Source of the DNA: Methylorubrum extorquens
Lineage (GTDB): Bacteria > Pseudomonadota > Alphaproteobacteria > Rhizobiales > Beijerinckiaceae
NCBI GenBank assembly: GCA_900234795.1
Contig: LT962688.1
Location: forward strand, 1,710,001-1,742,000
Reading direction: 5' to 3'
Length of the DNA: 32,000 bases
Shown here: positions 22,295-30,542 of the stretch, piece after piece
How the letters are laid out: every line of letters begins with the position of its first letter
How positions within the stretch are numbered: the first letter of the stretch is position 1
Made by a program: the position numbers and the translations under genes
The notes under the pieces: generated by a model
Database searches by the model: none
Told to the model about the DNA's origin: nothing
Seen by the model: the letters and a program-made list of their open reading frames with translations, nothing else

Positions 22295-22378
22295 GGGGCG
22301 GTGCCCGAGTGGCAAAGGGGGCGGACCGTAAATCCGCTGGCAATGCCTACGTAGGTTCGAGTCCTACCCCCCCCACCA
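22295..22378 (+). tRNA. tRNA-Tyr(GUA), type II, with atypical C33 and a C5-C68 mismatch
   Basis: Hand-folded. Acceptor GGGGCGG/CCCCCCC. D-loop carries GG. Anticodon arm GCGGA-CCGTAAA-TCCGC. 13-nt variable arm. T-arm GTAGG-TTCGAGT-CCTAC. A73 and CCA are encoded. Confidence 0.75.
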
Positions 22379-22464
22379 TTCTTTGCGCTCGTCTGGTAAA
22401 AAAATGCGGGTGAAGCAGGCGCCGTTGGGTGCCCACTAGTTGGCGACGGTGCGGTCGGGCATGC

Positions 22465-22659
22465 TCACGCCTCATCCCCGGCGATGAACCAAGCTGCAAG
22501 GAACGTCGCTGCCTTCTCCGGCTGATACACACGGCCCATGAACCGGCGCTTCTGATCCTCTGCGATCCACAAACCAGGCCGCACAGGATCTTGGGTCACG
22601 TATCCCGCTAGGTCTCCATCGACCCTCACGACGAAGCGATCCTCTCCGTCGGGCTCCAT
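22465..22659 (-). CDS. hypothetical small acidic protein (module B, paralogue of 21621..21842)
   Basis: FVVRVDGDLAGYVTQDPVRPGLWIAED...AATFLAAWFIAG aligns with FIVKVGEDVAGHVSEDAEHPGLWVLED...GAAFLALRFAAG. Confidence 0.5.
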   Translation of the reverse strand: MEPDGEDRFVVRVDGDLAGYVTQDPVRPGLWIAEDQKRRFMGRVYQPEKAATFLAAWFIAGDEA

Positions 22660-22733
22660 TGTGTGGCCAGGCGACTGCATGCCGGCATGTTAGCGCGGCT
22701 GTGTGGCGGCTCCACGACTGGCGTCTTTGCGGT

Positions 22734-23000
22734 TCACTCCTTCTGCGCCCGCGCCAGCAGGATCGCGGTGCGCGCGGCGGAGCGCCTAGCGCCAGTCGAG
22801 CTCGTCTTGTCGCGCAGGACAGCGGTGGCGAAGGCGTTTGCCTTCACGGCGGCTGCCACGTCGAGCGTGTAGCCCTCGGCGAGTTCCTCCCGCACATTCA
22901 TCCGGCCGGCGAGAACGGCATCGACCAGCGCGTTCAGATCGTCATGGGTGACGACGTTGGCCTTGAAGAGTTCGCGGACGGTGGGGTTGGCGTCCGCCAT
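22734..23000 (-). CDS. hypothetical 88-aa protein
   Basis: High-GC3 ORF between the two tRNA genes. Weak SD. Confidence 0.45.
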   Translation of the reverse strand: MADANPTVRELFKANVVTHDDLNALVDAVLAGRMNVREELAEGYTLDVAAAVKANAFATAVLRDKTSSTGARRSAARTAILLARAQKE

Positions 23001-23086
23001 CTTGGGCCTGCGATTTTGCGCTGGTGGGGTAGATGGTGGGGTGGAGGGTTTGCTTCGCCAGATTTATTAGCAAAAACAACGATATT

Positions 23087-23176
23087 TGGCGGAAGGGGTG
23101 GGATTCGAACCCACGGTGGAGTTGCCCCCACGGCGGTTTTCAAGACCGCTGCCTTAAACCACTCGGCCACCCTTCC
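23087..23176 (-). tRNA. tRNA-Ser(UGA)
   Basis: Hand-folded. Acceptor GGAAGGG/CCCTTCC. Anticodon arm GCGGT-CTTGAAA-ACCGC. Long variable arm. T-arm GTGGG-TTCGAAT-CCCAC. G73 and CCA are encoded. Confidence 0.92.
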
Positions 23177-23314
23177 CCGTCCGCGAAGGCGCGCGATCCA
23201 AGCGCGCCGTGGCGTCACAGGCTTGTCTATGGCCCCCTGGGGATCAGCGTCAATGTGCCATGCGCGGGATCGGGGCGGCGCGCGAGGCGCGGGGGCGCAG
23301 GGCGGTGACCGGGC

Positions 23315-25489
23315 TCAGGCTGGCCGCAGGCGGGTGAGCTGGTCGAGGAGGGCGCGGTCGTGGAGGAGGGCGAAGCGCTCCTTCGGGGTGAGCCACGCCT
23401 GCGCCTCGGCCAGGGTTTCGGCCTCCACGATCTTGGCGCGGGCGAGCGTGTGGTCGGCGTCGATGGTCCCGCGCGGCCGGGGCGTGCCTTCGGGCAGCAT
23501 CGCTGCGTGGGCGCGGGCGAGGGTCGGGTCGGCGTGGAGCGCGGCGAGCGCGTCGGTGTCGTCGAAGCCGCAGGCCTCGTTGCGGCGGGCGAGTTCGCCG
23601 GCGCGGCGGGCGATGGACGGCTGGACCTGCTCCTCCGGCGTCACCAGCAGGCCGCGGTGCTTCAGCGCGAGCCCGAGTGCCAGTTGCCCGCTCGCCCAGG
23701 AGAGCGGGATCGCCAGCACGAGGCCGAGGATCGTCGGCGACATCCACAGGAACAGGGAGGTGGCGATGGCAAAGGCCGCGACGCCGGTGACGAGGCCGAG
23801 GCCGGTATGCCAGCGGTGGCGGCGCACGATGTCCGAGAGGGGAATCGAGCCGTCGTCGCGGCGCTGCGGGTTCCAGCCGGTGTCGCGCCCGGCCAGGATC
23901 TGGAACACCGAGCCCGACTGGACCAGCATCGCGATCGGCGCGATCAGCGCCGAGAGCAGGATCTCGATCAGGAAGGACAGGGTCAGCCGTCCCGCGCCGC
24001 CGCTGGCCCGCCGGGTCTCGGCGTCCAGAAGCGCCAGGATCAGGCCCAGAAACTTCGGGGCGAGCAGGATGCCCATGGTCAGGGCGAAGAGCTGGAGCGC
24101 GCGCACCGGGTCGAAGCGCGGCCAGACCGGATAGAGGCCGAACTCGGCGGAGAAGTATTCCGGGCGCACCCAGGCGGTCTGCAGCACGATGATGATGCCG
24201 ATCACCAGCTGGGCGAGCCAGAGCGGCGAGGCGACGTAGCCGGCGATGCCCGTGGCGAAATGCTGGCGCGAGGCCGGCGCGAGGCCCGCCGCGCCGATGA
24301 CGCGGGCATGCTGAAGGTTGCCCTGCGCCCAGCGCCGGTCGCGCACGGAGAGATCGATCAGTGAGGGCGGGCTCTCCTCGTAGGAGCCCTCCAGCCGCGG
24401 CAGCATGGTGACGCCCCAGCCGGCGCGGCGGATCAGCGCCGCCTCGACGAAATCGTGGCTGAGGATGTGGCCGCCGAAGGGCGGGCGGCCCTTAAGGTCC
24501 GGCAGGCCGGCGGCCTCGGCGAAGGCCTGCATCCGGATGATCGCGTTGTGGCCCCAGTAATTGCCGTCGCGGCCCGACCAGACCGAGAGGCCGGTGGCGA
24601 TGACGGGGCCGTAGATGCGCGCGGCGAATTGCTGGAGCCGGGCGAACAGGGTGTTGCGGTTGATGATGAGCGGCAGGCTCTGGATGATGCCGGCCTGAGG
24701 GTCGGCCTCCATCGCGGCGGCGAGCCGCACGATGCAGTCGCCGGTGAGCAGGCTGTCGGCGTCGAGCACCAGCATGTGGTCGTAGGCGCCACCCCAGCCA
24801 GTGACGAAATCGCCGATATTGCCGGCCTTGCGGTGATGGTTCTTTGCCCGGTGGCGGTAGTAGAGCCGGGCCTCGGGACCGAGTTCCGCGCGCAGATCGA
24901 GGAGCGCGCGCTCCTCGGCGACCCAGGCGTCGGCCTGGGTCGAATCGGAGAGCACGAACCAGTCGAAATGGCGCCCGAGGCCGGTGGCCTCGACCTCCTC
25001 GTGCATCGCCTGGAGCCCGGCGAAGACCCGGGCGCTGCCCTCGTTGTAGACCGGCATGACGATGGCAGTGCGGGTGGAAAGGCTCGCCGGACGCGGCGCC
25101 GCCTTGTCCCGCAGCAGCAGCGTCGCGAAGCCGAGGAGCGCGCCGGTGAAGGCCAGCGCGATCCACGAGAAGTTCAGGACGAACAGCACCAGCAGCACGT
25201 ACTGAAGCCAGGTCGCGCCGCCGGAGACCGAGATCACCTCGTACATCTGCCACGCGCCGTAGGCGGTGAGGGCCGCAGCCCCGCCGAACACGAACAGGCG
25301 TGCCGCCAGCGGCCCGCCGCCGCCGTCGCGGCGCGTCGCGGGCCGGGTGCGCAGATCCTGCACCGGCATCGCCAGGGGGGCGCGCGGCGGCATGGAGGCC
25401 GGCTTGGAGGCCGGCTCGGTCCGCGCCTCGGCCTGGTGCGCCACGGGGCGGTCCATCACGGTCGAGGCGCTATCGGCGGTGTCGGGCAT
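23315..25489 (-). CDS. opgH: glucans biosynthesis glucosyltransferase H (GT2, OpgH/MdoH)
   Basis: 724 aa, multi-TM. Motifs VLDADS and RDRRWAQGNLQH. Lies downstream of the MdoG-family gene. Confidence 0.95.
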   Translation of the reverse strand: MPDTADSASTVMDRPVAHQAEARTEPASKPASMPPRAPLAMPVQDLRTRPATRRDGGGGPLAARLFVFGGAAALTAYGAWQMYEVISVSGGATWLQYVLLVLFVLNFSWIALAFTGALLGFATLLLRDKAAPRPASLSTRTAIVMPVYNEGSARVFAGLQAMHEEVEATGLGRHFDWFVLSDSTQADAWVAEERALLDLRAELGPEARLYYRHRAKNHHRKAGNIGDFVTGWGGAYDHMLVLDADSLLTGDCIVRLAAAMEADPQAGIIQSLPLIINRNTLFARLQQFAARIYGPVIATGLSVWSGRDGNYWGHNAIIRMQAFAEAAGLPDLKGRPPFGGHILSHDFVEAALIRRAGWGVTMLPRLEGSYEESPPSLIDLSVRDRRWAQGNLQHARVIGAAGLAPASRQHFATGIAGYVASPLWLAQLVIGIIIVLQTAWVRPEYFSAEFGLYPVWPRFDPVRALQLFALTMGILLAPKFLGLILALLDAETRRASGGAGRLTLSFLIEILLSALIAPIAMLVQSGSVFQILAGRDTGWNPQRRDDGSIPLSDIVRRHRWHTGLGLVTGVAAFAIATSLFLWMSPTILGLVLAIPLSWASGQLALGLALKHRGLLVTPEEQVQPSIARRAGELARRNEACGFDDTDALAALHADPTLARAHAAMLPEGTPRPRGTIDADHTLARAKIVEAETLAEAQAWLTPKERFALLHDRALLDQLTRLRPA

Positions 25490-25540
25490 CGTCGCTCCGG
25501 CAAGGGGTCGGCAACGGGCTGCGAAGGCGCCCGCAAGGGA

Positions 25541-27211
25541 TTACGGCGTCCAGCGGTACAGCCACGTTTCCGTGATCTGTCGCCCTTCCGTCTTGAGGGC
25601 AAGGCGCAACTCGCAGGCCCGCTCGCTGCCCGGATCGAGCTCGAAGGCGACGCGGACGGTGCGGGTCTCCGGATGGGCGATCCAGCGGGTCGCGCCCTCG
25701 ACGATCCGGCCGGGGCCGGCGATCAGCACGGTCTCGACGGGCACGAGGGCGCCCTCGGCGGTGAACAGCCCGTCGCCGGTGAAGTCGACGAGGAACAGGC
25801 GCCGGGGATTGGCCGTGCCGCGGCCGCTGCGGGTGCTCGTGACCCGCGCGAGCGGGCTGCCCTGCGGCGATGCCGAGGCTGGCTCGCGGCCCCAGTTCTG
25901 CCGGTAGGCGATGCGGACCTCCTGGCCCGCGGGCAGGGCCGCCTTCGGCCGCCAATAGGCGATGACGTTCTCGTTGACTTCCGAATCGCTCGGGATTTCG
26001 AGGAGCGTCACGGCGCCCTCCCCCCATAGGCCCTCGGCGCCTGCCTCGGCGGCGCCGGCGGGCTCGCCCGGCTCGACCCAGAGCGAGGGGCAGCGCTCCC
26101 AGTGGCGGCTGTCATCCTCGAAGGTCGTGAACGAACGGTCCCGTTGCGTCAGGCCGAAGCCCTGCGGGCGGTTGTCGAGGAAGCCCGAGATCTGGAGCGT
26201 CTCCGGGTTGCGCACCGGGCGCCAGATCGCCTCCCCGCCGCCATTGCGGATCTGCAGGCCGCCCGCGGCATAGACCGCGGCCCGGGCATCGTCCGCGCCG
26301 CGCCGGTCGTGTGGGCCGAACAGGAACGGTGCCTGCATGCCGCTGAGCCCGAGGTGATCGACGGCCTTGCGGGTGACCAGGGTGGCGGTGATCGCCGCGG
26401 TCGAGGTCTCGCCGGGGCGCAGTTCCAGGCGCAGGGCGGCGGCGAGCGAATCGGAATCGAGCAGGGCGTGGATCACCAGCGGGCCTTCGGGCGTCTTCGG
26501 GCGCTCCACGAACAGGGCGCGCCAGCGGGGGAATTCCTCGCCGCGCGGGTCGGCCGGGCGCAGCATCAGCGCGCGGCCATCGACGCCGAATTCCTGGCCC
26601 TGCCCCACCAGCCGGTAGAAGCAGGCGCCCTGGAACACCGCGAAATCCTGGTGCCGCTCGCCGAAGCGCGCGCGGATGCGCAGGCCGGAAAAGCCCGGTT
26701 CGCGCCCGGATTCCGGCAGGGCCGCCGCACCCGCCTCCGTGCCCGCGTCGTAATGCGTGCGGTCGTAGACGACGGGGCGGACCACGCCGTCCTCGACGAG
26801 GAACAGGGCGACCCGGTCGGTGAAGTAGAAGCCGCGCGGCAGCGGCTCGACCGCGAAACCGTGCGGCTCGCCGCCCCAGATCAGCGCCTCGGGCCGGATG
26901 CGGATCGCCTCGTACCCCTCTCGCGGCAGGTTCTTGAGCGCGTCGGGGACGTCGTTCGCGGTCTGGGCCACGAAGGGCCGGTTGCCGAGCGCCCGGGCGA
27001 GGTCGGGCACGGTGGCATCCGAGAAGGGCGAGCCCGCCGCGGGCAGGGCCGGCGGCGCGGCCTGCGCCTCCACCCGGCCGGGCAGCAGGGCCAGGGCGGC
27101 GCCGGCCGCGACCCCGCCGAGGAGCCGGCGGCGGTCGATCGGCGCCGGACCCGCATCGCGGGTCGAAAGGTCGGTCGGATGCGTCATTCCCTCGTCGGCT
27201 CTCACGGTCAT
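25541..27211 (-). CDS. opgG: periplasmic glucan biosynthesis protein, OpgG/OpgD (MdoG) family
   Basis: 556 aa. Twin-arginine signal IDRRRLLGGVAAGAALALL (OpgD-like export). Operon with opgH. Confidence 0.9.
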   Translation of the reverse strand: MTVRADEGMTHPTDLSTRDAGPAPIDRRRLLGGVAAGAALALLPGRVEAQAAPPALPAAGSPFSDATVPDLARALGNRPFVAQTANDVPDALKNLPREGYEAIRIRPEALIWGGEPHGFAVEPLPRGFYFTDRVALFLVEDGVVRPVVYDRTHYDAGTEAGAAALPESGREPGFSGLRIRARFGERHQDFAVFQGACFYRLVGQGQEFGVDGRALMLRPADPRGEEFPRWRALFVERPKTPEGPLVIHALLDSDSLAAALRLELRPGETSTAAITATLVTRKAVDHLGLSGMQAPFLFGPHDRRGADDARAAVYAAGGLQIRNGGGEAIWRPVRNPETLQISGFLDNRPQGFGLTQRDRSFTTFEDDSRHWERCPSLWVEPGEPAGAAEAGAEGLWGEGAVTLLEIPSDSEVNENVIAYWRPKAALPAGQEVRIAYRQNWGREPASASPQGSPLARVTSTRSGRGTANPRRLFLVDFTGDGLFTAEGALVPVETVLIAGPGRIVEGATRWIAHPETRTVRVAFELDPGSERACELRLALKTEGRQITETWLYRWTP

Positions 27212-27588
27212 CGTCTCAAAGTCATCGCGTCTTTCACGAAACGCCCGCTGCGCCGTCGGGCCCGGAGGGGAGACGATCGCAGACCGGGCGTTCGGTGAGG
27301 CACTGTTCGTCTCAGAGCGTTCTCGGGGTGAAGAACGGTCGCAGATAGGATCTCAACGCCTGAACCGGGCGTTAAGGTTGCCGGCTTTGCCCGAGTCTTC
27401 GCTGCACGTCTGCCGCCATTTCCGTTTCCGGGCGATGCGCCGCGGACAAGACGGCACCGAGCCCGGACTCGACGAAGGCCCGTGGACCTTCCGGGGCCGG
27501 CCGGCGTAAGAGGCTTGCGATCTCGCACGCCGCGTCAGCGGCGCCCGCCGTCTCGCGTCCCGCGAGCCTCCTGTCCAGCCTTGAGACG

Positions 27589-28770
27589 ATGATTCTGCCG
27601 ATGATTGTCACGCAGATCACCCACCACGACCTCGACGGCTACGGCGCCTCGACGGTGGCCGCCGCCTTCGCGGACGTGGCGCGGGTGGTGCATGTCGCCC
27701 GCTATTCCGATGTCGGCCCGGTGGTGGAGGACGAGCTGAAGCGCCTGCGCGGCGCGACGGCCTCCGAGACGCTGCTGATGACCGATCTCGGGCTGGAGGA
27801 GCCGACCATCGCCTTCCTGCGCCGCTTCGCCGCGATGAACCGCGGCCGGGCGGAGGGCACGCATCACCGCCTCGTCGTGCTCGACCACCACGCCTCCTCG
27901 ATCGATCAGCTCAAGCGCCAGAACCTGGAGACCGCGCCCGATCCGGAGCGCGCCGGGCTGCTGCGGGCGGATCTCGGCGACGCAGAGGTGTTCGTGCTCA
28001 TCGACGAGGCGCATTGCGCCACGCGGATGGCCTACGACCAGCGCGCCCTCTACGCGCCCGAGGCGAAGGTGCCCGGAGAGACGGCGGCGGCCGACCTCGC
28101 GGCGCTGATCGAGTCGGTCGAGGCGCTCGACCTGTGGAAGAAGGGCGAACCCGCCTTCGCCGGCGGTCTCGCCCTCGACGAGATGTTCTGGGACAGCGTC
28201 TCGACCTTGGTGCCGGCGAGCCACCCCTGGCACGACCGCTTCGTCTCCGATCTGCTGATGGCGGCGGCCGGCCTGCTGCGGGCGGGCTCCACCCCGGCGG
28301 AGCTGGAGCGCCGCTCGGGCGAATTGCGCGCCCGGCTCGTCGATGGCCTCCTTGCCGGTGAGGCCGGCGACGATCCGACCTTGACCGCGCGCCAGCGCCT
28401 CGCCCGGGCGCTCGCCCGCTCGGACGCGCTGTTCCACCGCCTGTCGGACGGCACGCTGCTCTCCTTCGGCCTCGATTCCGGCACCTTCCAGCGGGTCTCC
28501 GATCAGGTGATGGAGGCGGGCCGGGCCAAGCGGGTCGTCAACGTGCAGCGGGCGGGTACGCTCTCATTCCGCTCCATCGACGGCACGGCGCTCGACGGCG
28601 CCCGCGCCTTCCGTGGCGGCGGCCACCGCGACGCGGCCGGTGGCAAGCTGCCCCAGGGCAGCGCGCATTCCCGCGAGGACGCGGTCGCCCAGGTCGAGCC
28701 GGTGCTCAACCCCCCGGCCCCGGACCTGTCCGGCAGCCCGTTCGCCGCGCTCAAGAATTGGAAGGGGTGA
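27589..28770 (+). CDS. DHH/DHHA1-family phosphoesterase
   Basis: Motifs HHDLDGYGAS, VVLDHHAS and GGGHRDAAGG. Confidence 0.85.
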   Translation: MILPMIVTQITHHDLDGYGASTVAAAFADVARVVHVARYSDVGPVVEDELKRLRGATASETLLMTDLGLEEPTIAFLRRFAAMNRGRAEGTHHRLVVLDHHASSIDQLKRQNLETAPDPERAGLLRADLGDAEVFVLIDEAHCATRMAYDQRALYAPEAKVPGETAAADLAALIESVEALDLWKKGEPAFAGGLALDEMFWDSVSTLVPASHPWHDRFVSDLLMAAAGLLRAGSTPAELERRSGELRARLVDGLLAGEAGDDPTLTARQRLARALARSDALFHRLSDGTLLSFGLDSGTFQRVSDQVMEAGRAKRVVNVQRAGTLSFRSIDGTALDGARAFRGGGHRDAAGGKLPQGSAHSREDAVAQVEPVLNPPAPDLSGSPFAALKNWKG

Positions 28771-28926
28771 TCGCTTCACCTCTCCGGATACGAGGGTTCG
28801 AACCCCATCAGCCTGACTGCATGAAAGGATGCTGAGGGTGGGGAGCCGACGTCGCCGCTCGACTGCTAGGTGCCAGCGCATCCGGGACGCCTCGGTACCA
28901 GAGCGGTGCATGGGCGTTGCGTCGGG

Positions 28927-29484
28927 TCAGGCCTCGCGCCGGTAGTGCATCGCAACCGCGCCATTCCGGAGCGGCGTCGCCGAGACCAATGCGAGCCGCC
29001 GCGTGCTGGGAAGCCCGCCCTGGTAAAGGGTCGGGCCGTGGCCAGCGATCCGGGGATGGACGAGAAGCTTGTACTCATCGATCAGGTCCAGCCGGTCCAA
29101 CTCGGTCGCGAGTTTTCCGCTACCGAGGAGCACGCCTGTCGGCGTCGCGTCCTTGAGCCTCTGCACGCCTGCCCGCAGGTCGTCGACGATGTGGTGGCTG
29201 TTGCACCACGGGAAGTCCTTTCGCGTCGATGACACCACGTATTTCGGCTTTGCCTCCAGCTTGACCGCCCACTCGCGGATCGCCGGCGGTGCGTCCACGT
29301 CGCCACGAGCGACCGCCGGCCAATAGCACTCCATCATCTCGTAAATGACGCGGCCCCACAGCATCGCCCCGCCGTCGTCCATGAGGCGAGTGAAGTAGGC
29401 GTGCGTCTCATCGTCAGCGATGCCCTCCTGGTGGTCGACGCAGCCGTCCAGGGTAGCGTTGATGCTGAAGGTCAAAAGTCCCAT
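28927..29484 (-). CDS. dihydrofolate reductase-family protein (RibD C-terminal domain)
   Basis: SINATLDG...MLWGRVIYEMM...KYVVSST...GVLLGSGKLATEL...DEYKLLVHP is typical of RibD_C proteins. Confidence 0.85.
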   Translation of the reverse strand: MGLLTFSINATLDGCVDHQEGIADDETHAYFTRLMDDGGAMLWGRVIYEMMECYWPAVARGDVDAPPAIREWAVKLEAKPKYVVSSTRKDFPWCNSHHIVDDLRAGVQRLKDATPTGVLLGSGKLATELDRLDLIDEYKLLVHPRIAGHGPTLYQGGLPSTRRLALVSATPLRNGAVAMHYRREA

Positions 29485-29721
29485 GCGGCCATCCTAAGCC
29501 ATACCCTTGAAGAGGCGCAGGGGTTTTCTCGCGGTCGAGGTTCTACGTCCGCTAGGGGTCGCAAGCTGTCCTTCGAAAGGTCAAGCTGATTGGGTCTTGA
29601 TCCTCACCTCCCCTCCTCGCCCTCATCCTCGGGCGCTTGGGCACAAGCGGTTTGGATCGGATCGAGATCGGCGGCCTCTCGTGAAAACGATGGTGATGTC
29701 GGATCGTCCGGTCGAATAGGC

Positions 29722-30069
29722 TCAGATCCCGAGGTTGAATGGCAGGTCGAACAGCGTCGAGTGATCGACGTAGCTGACCCGCAGGGTGTGCTCGCGGGCG
29801 CCGTCGGGCAGGGTCTCGCCCTCGCGCAACGTGCGGATCATGTCGCGGGCGGCGCGGAAGGCCATGCCGCAATCCGGGCAGTCGCGCGTCTCCGTCCGGC
29901 CGACCGTCTGGCCGTTCCGGCATAGCTCGAAATGAAAGAGAGAGGCATCCGGTGCCGGTCTCCGAGCAGCGTTCGGAGCGTACTCGTGCAAGCCTTGAGC
30001 CGTGATGCGGATGACAACGCAATGTGGTGGAAATTTCGCTTGCCTGCCAGCCGACTGGGCAGGCGTCAC
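29722..30069 (-). CDS. hypothetical protein, start uncertain
   Basis: GTG start at 30069, 12 nt after the terminator U-tract. The conserved-looking part begins around LFHFELCRNGQ. Confidence 0.35.
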   Translation of the reverse strand: MTPAQSAGRQAKFPPHCVVIRITAQGLHEYAPNAARRPAPDASLFHFELCRNGQTVGRTETRDCPDCGMAFRAARDMIRTLREGETLPDGAREHTLRVSYVDHSTLFDLPFNLGI

Positions 30070-30080
30070 GTTCAGGCACG

Positions 30081-30108
30081 AAAAAACCCGCCGGCTTTCG
30101 CCGACGGG
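30081..30108 (-). terminator. rho-independent terminator (strong on the minus strand, weaker on the plus)
   Basis: The minus-strand RNA reads CCCGUCGGC-GAAA-GCCGGCGGG followed by UUUUUU. Confidence 0.7.
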
Positions 30109-30204
30109 CTTTTGCAGGGGCCACGCTCTCTCGCGCGATGGGAGCTGCCGCCTCGCCCTCGGACTGGCGGGGGAACTCGACCTGTCGCAGCGTTTAGGGA
30201 GCCA

Positions 30205-30291
30205 CTATCCCTGCCGATCTTGGTTGGGTGGCGTGTCCTGATCCGCGTCGGCGGTGCGCGTGGGGGAGCCGTTGATGCCGTGAAGTTTCAT
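30205..30291 (-). CDS. 28-codon ORF with a near-ideal SD
   Basis: AAGGAGG lies 6 nt upstream of the ATG at 30291. Product MKLHGINGSPTRTADADQDTPPNQDRQG. The terminator lies about 95 nt downstream. Confidence 0.3.
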   Translation of the reverse strand: MKLHGINGSPTRTADADQDTPPNQDRQG

Positions 30292-30542
30292 GGCCAACCT
30301 CCTTGTCTCAGGGCGGCGCCGCAGCGCCGATGAATAGAGGCTAGGACGGTTCGCGGGCTGCGCGCAAGCCCCTTTCTTTCCCTTATCCGCCCTCTCGGTC
30401 CGCCCTCTTGCCAGCCTCCGGCAGCGGCGCCTTGCGCGGTTCCGTTCCTTGCGCCGGGGCGTCCTGCACACGATCTGTCCGCTTCGAGGGGAAACAGTTT
30501 TTTCCGCCCCACGGGCGCGAAGCGAAGGTGCGCGGCTTGCTG

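Noticed and set aside
23020-23050. A G-rich segment (TGGTGGGGTAGATGGTGGGGTGGAGGG) whose reverse complement shares CCCCACCAT with the tRNA-Tyr 3' end, as a possible att repeat.
   Set aside because: The match is only 9 nt, low in complexity and in inverted orientation. That is insufficient.
28794-28806. GGGTTCGAACCCC, a T-arm-like sequence just downstream of the DHH gene, as a possible tRNA or att fragment.
   Set aside because: Only 3-4 bp of stem can form. There is no acceptor, anticodon or D arm around it. It lies in core-looking DNA with no composition change. Probably chance.
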